This document shows, piece by piece, positions 13,210 to 25,965 of a stretch of DNA of 64,000 nucleotides (position 1 is its first letter; each line of letters begins with the position of its first letter). This DNA comes from Octopus sinensis (lineage: Eukaryota). Location: positions 1-64,000 of the forward strand of contig NW_021832979.1 in assembly GCF_006345805.1 (NCBI RefSeq). The letters are read 5' to 3'. The notes under the pieces were generated by a model. The model did not search any database. It saw only the letters and a program-made list of their open reading frames with translations, and had not been told where the DNA came from. A program made the translations under genes and the position numbers.

Positions 13210-13670
13210 AAATTGTGCATCTATACAAAGGATTAATTCACCCTCTCTGTAATGCTAATAAGCAGGAATTGAGACCCACCTCGTTGTGATTAACAATGGA
13301 TAAATTTGTCTTCTGTGAGTATGTAATCCCTCATCATATCTCTGGAAATTCATATGTGCACTATGGATTAGGTCACCTTCTCTGGGTGCTATTAGAACTT
13401 TTTTAAAATTCTGTGATAAGACTGTACATCATCTTTAAAGAACTTTAATGAACTTTGGATATCTGTATATGTTTATGTTACTTAATTATCTTCATTACTT
13501 CATGAGTATAGCCTTAACCACTAGGATGTCTAGAGAACTCACATGTATTTTAGCTGATGAGTACGGGACACATTTATATGCTGTAATTTTTACAACTTTT
13601 AATAAGCCTGTCCTTGTATGAAACGATTGTACTAAAAACCTATCCATTCTTGTTGCTTCTTTCTCGCTTA
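13210..13670 (+). repeat. 5' pseudo-LTR of the Penelope-like element
   Basis: Near-identical to 17810-18271; differences are mostly 1-3-bp indels. Confidence 0.92.
13548..13637 (+). ncRNA. Type I hammerhead ribozyme in 5' pLTR
   Basis: Stem I UUUUAG/CUAAAA; CUGAUGA 13554-13560; stem II GUAC-GGGACA/UGUCCU-U-GUAU; GAAAC-GAUU-GUA; predicted cleavage after 13631. Confidence 0.85.
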
Positions 13671-13840
13671 TAATCACCCCACATTACTGTATTGTTAAAA
13701 CAGTATAGTTTTTTTTGGTGCATCTAAGTTAGGTACCATATTCAAGTAAATTCATTTAAATTAACTTGAATCTTTATTGCTTTTTGAATATATCCCCATA
13801 CAGTCTGTATGTTTTTCTGGTACTTAATTTCTCAACAAGA

Positions 13841-16669
13841 ATGGAAAAGGTAAACATTGAGTTCTCCCCTAAAGACATCCCCTTACATAGTATAGATGAA
13901 TATAATTGGCTTCTCATTCATAGGATTAACGATTTCATTAGAAGAATCAGGTGGAAAACGTACCATTTTGATGTCAAACAGAAGAAGAAACCACAGGAAA
14001 AGAATACCGAAAAGAATTTTGGAAGAATTTTTAAAAGTAGAAATAGCCCATCTCAGAACCCATTCCTGGAGAACTTTGAGAAAGACTTGCTGAATCTTAT
14101 AGATGATATTAGCTTCAAGGAACACCCGTTAAGATATAACCCTCACCTTAGACACCTTAGGAACTTTATTCAGTCAACCCGGTGCAAACATGGAATCCTA
14201 GTACCAGCAGATAAAACGGGTAATATGTATAGAGTTGATTACGATATTTATAGCAAATTAATTAGGAAGGAACTAAACTCCAAATATAAAATTACGACTA
14301 AGAACAATTTGAAAAAAGTAAACATGGAAATGAAAGAGATCATGGAGAAACTAAATTTAACGGATAGAACGGAGCCACTTAAACCGTGTGAGCCCAGGAT
14401 CAACCTTAAAGACCACAAAAAGAACTTCTTGGAAAACCCTTCGGTAAGGCTGATCTGTCCAACTAAGTCGGACATTGGCCGACTTAGTAAATCTATCCTG
14501 GATAATGTTCTACCCCAAATAACCCCTCTTCTCCCCTTAAACCTATGGCTAAGTACGGATGAAGTTCTAAAATGGTTTAACTCTCTAACTAATACTAGTA
14601 GTCTGTCCTTTATTCAGTTCGATATTAATAGTTATTACTCTAGCATTTCCCCTATCTTACTGAACAAATCACTAATATTTGCTATGAATCGCTCCCTCAT
14701 ATCTAGAGAAGAAATCAATATTGTGCTACTAGCTAGGAAGACATTTATAGAATTTGAAGATAAATTATGGACTAGAGCAGATACACCTAATTTTTTTGAT
14801 ATACCAATGGGTTCCAGTGATTCGGCTGAGGTAACCAACCTAGTAGGCGCATATCTATTAAAATGCATAAGCAAGGATATACCAGAAATACAGGGGGGTC
14901 TATATAGGGATGATGCTCTATTTATTATCCCTAGTAATAATAAATCTGTTATAGAAAGGATTAGAAAGAAAATTAATAAGTTCTTTAAGGATTTCAACCT
15001 CAGTATAACGTATGAACCGGGCACTAAAATAGTTACTTCCTAGATATTACGCTAGACCTTAACTCCAAGCTACATTACCCATTTAGAAAGGAAGGCGAAA
15101 TCACGAATTACGTAAATAAATTATCAAATCATCCCCCCCCAATATAATAGAATCTTTAGTAAGAAATATTTCATTAAGAATTTCAAAATTATCATCCAAT
15201 AAGGATATATTTAACTCCCATTCTGAGCATTATAATGAGCGTTAACTAAGGCTGGATACAACCAAAAGATTACATTCGTTGATAAGGAGAACTCACGTAT
15301 TCCTAATATGAAGTTATCAGTAATCACGTAAGCAGCAATACAGACCAAGCCCGAAATAAAAGTAGAATTAAATTAATGGTAAACGCTAATCTAGCGTACA
15401 GGCCCAACAATTCAAATAGAAGCATTGACCAGAACATAGGTAACTCGGATAATATTGAAGTAGATAAACCTAAGATGCACACAATAAAAATAAAATAATG
15501 GTAATAAATACAATAACTCCGGTGAGATGAATAGTAGTAATTCTACGAACCCTAAATTTAATAAAAAGATATATTATGGCTGAATATTCCTTTCAACTGT
15601 GCGATACAATCGGATATACAGAACAAATTCAAAGTAATTCTGGAAAAAATTTCCCTATCTCTCATAGATATCATAGAATTATATCTAGGAAAACAGTTAG
15701 GATTTCTTATTCAACCCTCCCAAATATGTCCACTTTAATAGCTAAGATTAATAATAAAAATATTAAACTAGCCAGGAAGATAGAAATAAAATAATAATAT
15801 CAGCATGAATACCAATAGCAATTATAATAATACTACCAACAATAAACAGCAATAGTAACTATCAAAACATAGGTGAAATTAGTAACCACAGAATGACTAA
15901 TACATTAACATTAATAGTAATAATAACAATGCGATATTAATAGAAGTAATAATTAATAATAGAAATAATAGATATAAGGCTAATGGAGAAAATAAGGAGA
16001 ATGAAAATATCAGTGATATTTATAACAACAATATGCAGTCAGATAAAAAGACTAACATAATAGTAACATCACCAATAATATAAGAAATCATGGTAGGACT
16101 TTAGACCTAAATGATGAAGCTGAAGGATCAATAAATAATAGCAATACTTTAGATATCAGCACCAACTATAGAAATGATAATCAAAATAATAGGAACCTAA
16201 GACATCTACCCAAGAATAATCCAAAGCCTGAAGTTGTTCCTCCTGTGTGTAAGTGTAGAATAAATCAAAATGCCCGGCACCTGGTCTATGTGGGGAAAAT
16301 AATGTAATCTATAAATGTACCATATCCACGGAGAATAACAAATATCTTTACCTTGGATGTACAATTAATTTTCTAGCCAGAGTTAGAAATCACATCTCGT
16401 CTTTTAAATTAAGTCATAAGCTGGTACCACCACACTTTCAAACAAATCTGGGAACTCAAAAATAATAATAAAAATTATAACCTTAATTGGGAAATAGTTA
16501 GGAGAGCAATTCCGTATAAAATAGTAGGGTTGGTTGCCAACTATGCTCCATGGAGACGTATGAAATTCTAAAGCATAGAAAACATAGAAACTTATTGAAT
16601 AACCATATCGAACTAGGTCAAGTTTGTGTCCACGCTAAATTGAAGACTTTAAATATTTTAAATGATTAG
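13841..16669 (+). pseudogene. Penelope-like RT-GIY-YIG polyprotein (~940 codons), open to ~15036, then several 1-bp frameshifts
   Basis: Motifs DIP..Y..L...[101 protein letters not shown]. Confidence 0.9.
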
Positions 16670-17809
16670 AATATTCGTAACTAGATAGATAGATATAACT
16701 TGATTTCTACTAGTATAGCACTGCTTTAAGTAGATAACTAAGAGTTCTCACACTACAGTTATCTTTTTCCTTATATCTGCATCAGTTTTTTGAGAACAGG
16801 GAAATGAATAGTACTTATATGCTGCTTAATTGAGGCCTTATTTAATTTCAAACTCATAATTTTTAAATTCTTAATTTTAAATCTTAATTGTAATTTTTAA
16901 TTTTAATTCCTAACTTAATCTAATTTAAGTAGCATAACTCTAATAAAATAAAATGAGTTACTATAGCCCCATAATTCTATTTCAAAATTAAATAAATAAG
17001 GCTACCCCCTCGGTGATAATATGATTATCTTCATTATGATAGACAATCCCCTAACACCTTGTAAATGGTCTTCTAAGATTTGACCTGTAGTCCGTCAATG
17101 TATGAATAATAACGGCAACTCCTTAAGACAATAAAATGAATAATTAAATAAGTAAATCTTAATGACTTTTTGATAGGATTATACTTAGATTTTCCTAATG
17201 TATTTTCTTTTGATTTTAGCATCTGACCCCTAAACCCCTGACTGTGTTATCTCTTTAGATTCTCTTTAAATTCATAGCTGATTTCAACAGCAATAAATTA
17301 GCTGTTTTACTGGTCAAAGAATAATATTCTCCTCTAGTTCCTAGATGCCTGTAAATTAAAACCAGACTTGCCGTCTACTGATTCTTCTGTATAACTAGAA
17401 CCCTCTTTTTTTCTTTTCCTTTTTCTTTTTTCTTTTTCCCTTCTTTCCCTATTTCTTTCTCTTTTCTCTTTTTTCTTTTTCTTTCTTCTTCTTATTCTCT
17501 TTTTTTCTTTTTTCTCTTCTCTTTTAGTCCCCTTCCCCCCTTTTTTTGCTCCCTCCTCCTTATTTTTCCTCTCTTTTCTTCTATTCCCTTCCATTTTCTA
17601 TTCTTTGCCTCTCTAGAAAGCCCTTCAGCCTTTAAAGTTAAATAGCTACAGCCTCTTGTAAATAGCAGTAATATGATTAATGTGGCAAATACCTAATCAT
17701 ATAACAAGAATTGATACCTACCTCATTGTGTTCAACCATTGATAAATTTATCGCCTGTGAATATGAAATTCCTCTTCATTTCTCTGGAAATTTACATCTA
17801 CACCATTGG

Positions 17810-18271
17810 AAATTGTGCATCTATACAAAGGATTAATTCACCCTCTCTGTAATGCTAATAAGCAGAAATTGAGACCCACCTCGTTGTGATTAACAATGGA
17901 TAAATTTGTCTTCTGTGAGTATGTAATCCCTCATCATATCTCTGGAAATTCATATGTGCACTATGGATTAGGTCACCTTCTCTGGGTTGCTATTAGAACT
18001 TTTTTAAAATTCTGTGATAAGACTGTACATCATCTTTAAAGAACTTTAATGAACTTTGGATATCTGTATATGTTTATGTTTAATTATCTTCATTACTTCA
18101 TGAGTATAGCCTTAACCACTAGGATGTCTAGAGAACTCACATGTATTTTAGCTGATGAGTACGGGACACATTATATGCTGTAATTTTTACAACTTTTAAT
18201 AAAGCCTGTCCTTGTATGAAACGATTGTACTAAAAACCTATCCATTCTTGTTGCTTCTCTTCTTCTCGCTT
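17810..18271 (+). repeat. 3' pseudo-LTR of the Penelope-like element
   Basis: Direct repeat of 13210-13670; runs directly into (TA)n. Confidence 0.92.
18146..18235 (+). ncRNA. Type I hammerhead ribozyme in 3' pLTR
   Basis: Same fold as 13548-13637; predicted cleavage after 18229. Confidence 0.85.
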
Positions 18272-18297
18272 ATATATATATATATATATATATATAT

Positions 18298-18575
18298 ACT
18301 CTTTTACTCTTTTCTTGTTTCAGTCATTTGACTGCGGCCATGCTGGAGCACCGCCTTTAGTCGAGCAATCGACCCGGGACTTATTCTTTGTAAGTCCAGT
18401 ACTTATCATATCGGTCTCTTTTGCGAACCGCTATGTGACAGCAGGGGACAGACACAAACACACACACACACACAACACACATATATTATTTATATATATA
18501 TACGACAGGCTTCTTTCAGTTTCCGTCTACCAAATTCCACTCACAAGGCATTGGTCGGCCGGGGTTATAGCAGAA
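18298..18575 (-). mobile_element. SINE family B (5' truncated)
   Basis: tactcttttactc...gtttcagtcatttgactgcggccatgctggagcaccgcc tail and internal modules. Confidence 0.85.
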
Positions 18576-19155
18576 GACATTATATATATAAATAATATAC
18601 ATACATACATATATTATATGTATATATATACATACACACACACACACCACCACAACACACACATATATTATATATATATATATATAACACATACATACAT
18701 ATATATATATATGTGTGTTTAGCCATATACACCATTCCCACACGACATTTTAATCAGATTAAGTGCCGGATCTAGAAACAAATGTTCTTGCGGTGCAATG
18801 TAAACATATGTGTATATATATAAGTATGTATGTGTATGTTATGTGCATGTGTATATACATACGCACAGACACACACAGATATATACTTGGTTATATATAT
18901 ATATGTGTGTGTATATATATATATATATATATCCATGTAAGTTGCGCAAGTATGTATACAAACGTAAGGATGTATAACAATCTCTCTCTCTCTACATATA
19001 TATATATATATAAATATATATATACTTATATGTGTTGGCCTGTGTTCATGTGTATGTGTACTTGTGTGTTTGTGTGTGTGTGTGTGTGCGTGTCTGTGAG
19101 TGTGATTATATATAGAGAGATAGAGATAGATAGATAGATAGATAGATAGAGAGAG

Positions 19156-19191
<36 letters not shown>

Positions 19192-19641
19192 GGAGAGAGA
19201 CGGAGATAAAGAGATTTGGAATATATCGTTCAGCCAGACATCAACAGTCTCACATAATTCTCCTTACTAAAATCTTTGTTGTAAAAATACCAAAAATTTT
19301 CTAATTGAAACAAAAGGAAAACAACAAAGCTATAATTCGAAACTACGAAAGCTTTTTTTTTTTATAGAAGTACGAAACTAAAGAACTAAAAAAAGACATG
19401 GCGGATAAGAACAAAACACAAAACAATGTTTTCCCATCTGAAAATATTAAAACTTTGGTTTTAATGATATCAACGAAACTAAGTTCATATTAGATTAAAT
19501 ATTTTTGTACGAATTTATATGTTTATATAGGTATGAAATGAAATATATATACGCAAACATACACAAACACACACATATATATCACACACACATGCAAATA
19601 TATATACACATACACACACATATAAATATATATGTGTGTAC

Positions 19642-19697
<56 letters not shown>

Positions 19698-19852
19698 ATA
19701 TACATATACATACATATATATATATGTAACTGTATTAAACTAAATACGGTCATATATATATATATATATATATATTATAATGTATGTATGTACGTATATT
19801 TTCAGTACAGATGTGGCACTCTTTTGACAATAGCAATCAGCATATATTTCTA

Positions 19853-19893
<41 letters not shown>

Positions 19894-20156
19894 GCCTAAG
19901 AATGTAATTTTGAGTATAGTTGTGTGTATGTGGAGAAGATCTCTGGTGCAGATGTCCGTGGTTTACTTTTCACTCATCATACAATCTCATTATAAGTTTC
20001 TAATGCTGTTTCTTTTGGGTTTTTTTTTTTCACTGGGGAAACAAATTTTGATGACGGATAACATTAGGCTCTCATAGTCATTCCATACAAATGAACTGAC
20101 GATGCAAACAAAAAACGCAGACATCACCTCACTTATACGCACACACTACAGACACA

Positions 20157-20197
<41 letters not shown>

Positions 20198-20308
20198 AAA
20201 GATACACACACAGACACACACACATGCATACACACACAAAGTCATTTAATAATACGATCACTCGTATAGATACGCACACATACACATATATACATATATA
20301 CACACATA

Positions 20309-20348
<40 letters not shown>

Positions 20349-20479
20349 TATATATTTACATATATCCATATAAATTTATGTATATATTATACATACAACA
20401 GACAGAGACACACACACAGACACATTCACTCAAACACACAAAAACACATACAACACACATCTATATATGTGTGTGTGTG

Positions 20480-20512
<33 letters not shown>

Positions 20513-20880
20513 CTCTTTTACGCTTTTACTTGTTTCAGTCATTTGACGGTGGCCATGCTGGAGTACCGCCTTTAGTCGAGCAAATCGACCCCCGGACTTA
20601 TTCTTTGTAAGCCTAGTACTTATACTATCGAACTGTTTTGCCGAACCGCTATGTTACGGGGATGTAAACACACCATCATCGATTGTCAAGCGATGTTGGT
20701 GGGACAAACATAGACACACAAACATATACACACACATACATATATATATATACATATATACGACGGGCTCCTTTCAGTTTCTGTCTACCAAATCCACTCA
20801 CAAGGCTTTGGTCGGCCCGAGGCTATCGTAGTGGACTGAACCCGGAACCATGTACTTCTTCAGCAAGCTACTTAACACAC
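20513..20880 (-). mobile_element. SINE family B
   Basis: Tail, internal (CA)/(TA) tract and head remnants. Confidence 0.85.
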
Positions 20881-21247
20881 ATCCACTTCTAACGACAAAA
20901 CAAGTAATAATACAAGCACTGAGATATATACGCCTGCGTACCAACACAATCTGTATATATATGCATATATCGAAATATATTCTCACATACATTCATATAT
21001 ATATGTATGTTTATATTCATATGAACCTAAGTGTACCTATCTTCAGGCGCGGATGCAAACACACGATTACAGACGCACGCGCACACACAAAAACTTACCA
21101 AGACCCCTACCCACACACACACTCGCATATATGTATATGTATATAGACATATGTAATTGCTGAGTCTTAGATGAAATAATGATTAACAGAATCGTACTTT
21201 TTAATATATATTGCTTTAACCTATTCAGTATATCTATATATCTATAT

Positions 21248-21282
<35 letters not shown>

Positions 21283-21527
21283 CATACATACATATAATAT
21301 ATATATATATTATATATATATATATATATATATTTTATATATATATATTTTATTTATAATATATATATATATAATATATATATATAGATAGATAGATAGA
21401 TAGATAGATAGAATATATTATATGTATACATATATGTATATATAATATATATATATATAATTTGTGTATATATATATATATGTATAGGTGTATATATATT
21501 ATATAATATGTATATATATACGTATAG

Positions 21528-21569
<42 letters not shown>

Positions 21570-21704
21570 ATAATACGTGCATGTATACAAGATGAATCGG
21601 GGAAAAATGTAGTCGTCTTTAATAATCTGAAATTTAATCAGGTAGATTTAACGTCATGATTTGTATAATTTTATATATTCTTCTGTTACATTTCTTATGT
21701 TGTT

Positions 21705-21870
21705 TGATGATGATGAAGATGATGATGATGATGATGATGATAATGGTGATGATGATGATGATGATGAGGATGATGCTAACCACGGTGATAATGGTGATGG
21801 TAATGATTATTATTTTGTTGGTAATGATCATCACAATGATGATGATGATGATGGTGATGAAAATTATGAA
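21705..21870 (+). repeat. (GAT)n/(GGT)n trinucleotide repeat
   Basis: Direct reading. Confidence 0.9.
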
Positions 21871-22082
21871 GATGCTTTTTTTCTTTGCTAATAAGGTTTT
21901 TTTTATTATTGTTGATTGCTTCTTTATCGCTTCTTTTTTTGTTTTGTTTTCTTTTAATTTTTTTTGTTATATGTGTGGACGAGTTCAGAAAGTGTGAAAT
22001 CTGATTAAACTCTAAGGTGTCTACGAATACGCAAATCAACACACACGCACACATACACACACACACACACAAGCAGAGATGC

Positions 22083-22122
<40 letters not shown>

Positions 22123-22256
22123 TCCCCAATAGACACATTATCAAAGAAACGCACAAATAATTACAAATATCAAAATATAATGACACAAAGAAATTTTGTA
22201 TATGTATATTTATATGTATGTATATGTATGTATATATATATAATATCATGTATATA

Positions 22257-22296
<40 letters not shown>

Positions 22297-22661
22297 CATG
22301 TATTATATAATATATGTGGCCCTCCCATTGATAGGGGCAGAAGACGTGCAACCTTTGTGTCTCCGAACTCTTCCATATTTTGTTTGCCAGAGGCGGATGG
22401 TAACGGGCTCTTACAGTCGGCTTTTCGATGCCCCCATTGGCGGCGTTACACTTATCTGGCCTTTAAATAGCGTTTATAAATAATACCGGCACCCATAGCC
22501 CTTGTAACAAATTCTGAAATAGCCTTTAAGATATCTACGATTAACCACTGCAAGGGGAATTACTCCTGTAAGACAAACGGGGCTTGGTTTTTTCACACAG
22601 CGGGGGGTTTCCTTGACAAGGCAGGCTTAGATGAACACACACACACATAAAACATAATATA

Positions 22662-22692
<31 letters not shown>

Positions 22693-23734
22693 CTTTCTGC
22701 AGTAGCCACTGACAGCCGAACGATCAAACGCACACACGTACACAAAAAATGTTTTTCCTACCCCTACGCCAACACACACATATATAGAACAGTATACTCA
22801 CACACACGTCTCTAAGTAGATTTTTTCTCGCCCCTTATAAAACATCCAATATTCCTTAAATAGTCAGAACTTTATTCTCGGTCACAAGAACATCTATACA
22901 CCCTCACCCACATGATTGACCGATGCCTGACCCGTTGAATTCTTCAGCCACCGGTTCTCAACATACACTGATAAACAGTTTCGCCATGGGCTCTTAGGAG
23001 CACAGTTCGATTTGTTTTTTGCTCCGCCTCTGTTCTGTTTTGTTTTTCCAACGGATTTCCTTTTTTCTTCCTGAAGAGAAAGACCAATATGGTCCCATTA
23101 TTCAATCGGATTTTGTAATTTGTGCCTTTCGAAACACGTGTAGAATGAAATAAAACGATTTCTGTTCAATCTGCGTTCAGCTCCATTTCTTCAATTCACC
23201 AATAATGTTTTAATTTCAATTATCCGCACCAACGCACGGTTGCAACGCCAGATGGTTGTACCTCCAACCGTGCTGTTTACTGCTGTGATTTTTGCTACTA
23301 AGGTATCGGTTAAACTTTTGATTAATCTAACTACAAGATTATTCATCTTTCTATTTCACATATATATATATATATATATATCTATATATATATATACATA
23401 CATACATGATATACATGATATACCTGATATACATGATATACATACATGATTCTCGGTACGCAGCTGCGCTATTCCCGACACTACGGTGGTGCTTTTACTG
23501 TTTAAATATGTGATTCTTCAAAATCTGAAAACTTTTATGTATATATATGTATATGTACGTACATATACGTACTTACATACATACATACATACATACATAA
23601 TACATACATATATTTATATATGTATATATAAATATATATATATATATGTATGTATATATATGAACATATATGAGAATATTATTGTTTACAACAATATCAA
23701 GTGGCTTAACATGCGTACACGAATACCTATTTCT

Positions 23735-24310
23735 TTACTACCCACAAGGGGCTAAACACAGAGGGGGCAAACAAGGACAGACAAACGGATTAAGAGGATT
23801 ACATCGACCGAAGTGCGTAACTGGCACTTAATTTATCGACCCCGAAAGGATGAAAGGCCAAATCGACCTCGGTGAAATTTGAACTCAGAACGTAAAGACA
23901 AACGAAATACCTATTTCTTTACTACCCACAAGGGGCTAAACACACAGGGGACAAACAAGGACCGACAAACGGATTAAGTCGATTATATCGACCCCAGTGC
24001 GTAACTGGTACTACTTTTAATCGACCCCGTAAGGATGAAAGACAAAGTCGACCTCGGCGGAATTTGAACTCAGAACGTAGCGGCAGACGAAATACGGCTA
24101 AGCATTTCGTCCGGCTTGCTAGCGTTTCTTATTTCTTGATTGCCCACAAGGGGCTAAACATAGAGGGGACAAACAAGGACAAACAAAGGAGCTAAGTCGA
24201 TTACATCGCCCCCTGTACGTAACTGGTACTTTATTTAACCGACCTCGAAATGATGAAAGGCAAAGTCGATCTCGGCGGAATTTGAAATCAGAACGTAAAT
24301 ATAGACGAAA
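23735..24310. mobile_element. Cluster of SINE family A units (tandem), followed by an additional unit
   Basis: Repeated tcgaccccgaaaggatgaaaggcaaagtcgacctcggcggaatttgaactcagaacg cores joined at gaaatacctatttcttt. Confidence 0.85.
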
Positions 24311-24420
24311 CATACTGCAAGCTCACCGCTTTAACATGTTCTGTTAATTGAAATGACTTTGTCTATCTCTTTCTCTCCCAGTATGTGTGTGTTTGTGTGT
24401 GTGTGTGTGTGTGTGCGTGC

Positions 24421-24466
<46 letters not shown>

Positions 24467-25435
24467 ATGCATGTATGGGTAAGCACCAGGTTGCTTATAT
24501 ATATATAAGCATGCACATATATATATAAAGGGAATTTGTTTACACTCCGCCTTCCTCAGTTTTATTTCAGGATATTTTACGGATATATTTCACGGAAACA
24601 AAGCCCTATGTTAAATTGCTATGAGATATTTAAAAATTATAAAAATGCAATATATTTTACAACGTACCTCATTATACAACTTAAAGGGAGAAAATAGCAA
24701 GAAATTAAATAAAAATCGACATGGAATATAATGCAGAGAGGAATCAAATACGATAAGGTGTATGATAGGAAATAAAAACGGTTGAAGAATGTAATAAAAG
24801 ACGCATAAATGGATTGTATACTAGTGCAAGGTTATAAGATATTAATATTTCGATAGAAAGAACAATAATATTGATTTCTGTTATTATGGGTGAGTTTAAT
24901 ATAGATATGCAATAGGAATAAATACATTATAGCGTTCTACATCAGTAGAAGGTTATAAAATAGTATTAATTTCGATGGAAAAGGGACACACAATCGTAAT
25001 AATATTGATTCGTAAGTATTATGGGAGTAAATATAAAACCAGGTTGAAAAAATACTGAAAGAATTCCGCAACAAAATTTGATATTTTGTTTAGAATGATC
25101 GTCTTTAGAAGTGATATATGTGTTAGTAAGGTAATCAATTTGTAATAACATGGTGTATTATCGATTAATTGTTTTATATTTAGAAGCAACGATATACGTC
25201 TGGGTTTTGAAAATATGGATTCTGGTTGCTAAATGTATGTATGTATGTTTGTTATACGGAGATGTATTTATGAAAGGGAAAATAAGATTCTACAAGAATG
25301 GAAAATAATGTTCACTCACTAATCCATCCTATTTTATTTATTAAAAATTTTTTTTTTATTTTATCTAGTTTCAACTCACGAGCTGTGGCCATGCTGGGGC
25401 ACCGCCATTTGGTGTTTCTATATGATTTTACTTCA

Positions 25436-25615
25436 CTAATGCTTTTTAGCAATTGCCATTTGGTGCATGAGAGAGTTCGATGCAGCTGCCCTCATCTGCA
25501 CCTCCTGCCATGAAGTTGGTTCATCTGGGACACCTGACAGGAAGAGATCCAGTTTTATTTTAAAGACATCTGAATCCACCCCATGCAGGTCTCTCAGGTC
25601 CTTCGGGAGGATATC
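25436..25615 (-). mobile_element. 3' end of CR1-group LINE
   Basis: Minus strand ILPKDLRDLHGVDSDVFKIKLDLFLSGVPDEPTSWQEVQMRAAASNSLMHQMAIAKKH*. Confidence 0.75.
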
Positions 25616-25721
25616 TGCCTATTATTCCTTAGACAGTCGTTGGAATAGAGTCTTCAGATACCTCCTCCGTAAGTTCCTGTTAAGAGCAACCCCCATTACA
25701 CATTCTAGCTGAATACCTGAG

Positions 25722-25965
25722 CATCATCACCATCTGGTTGACTTTTCTCGGACATCTGTAACCCGATCGCTCCGTCATGCATTTGCACAAGGTGGTTTCG
25801 AAGGGTATCTTGTGTCTCTGGTTAGTTGATCTACATATGTTGCTTTCAGACTACCTGGTCGAGTACGGCCATGCTTTAGCATCCATAGCAGTAGGTCACC
25901 TTCTTGCTCTTGTCTCGCTCGCCAGCAATGCCCTACAAAGCGCAAGCGCATTTCTCTTATAACAA
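25722..25965 (-). mobile_element. 3' end of RTE/RTEX-type LINE
   Basis: Minus strand MRLRFVGHCWRARQEQEGDLLLWMLKHGRTRPGSLKATYVDQLTRDT; short (GAT)n tail. Confidence 0.7.

Larger units (their letters stand above)
12815..18271 (+). mobile_element. Near full-length Penelope-like retroelement (C-terminal GIY-YIG; resembles the Hydra clade) with inverted 5' pLTR, inserted in (TA)n
   Basis: RT+EN coding region, direct pLTRs 13210-13670 and 17810-18271, inverted arm 12815-13202 vs 13399-13786, hammerheads, (TA)n on both flanks. Confidence 0.93.

Noticed and set aside
13841-16669. Naiad-type selenoprotein PLE hypothesis
   Set aside because: The endonuclease is C-terminal, and the conserved Cys positions are TGT/TGC, not TGA.
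17334-17594. 86-aa Lys/Arg/Glu-rich minus ORF
   Set aside because: It is the translation of the polypyrimidine tract's complement.
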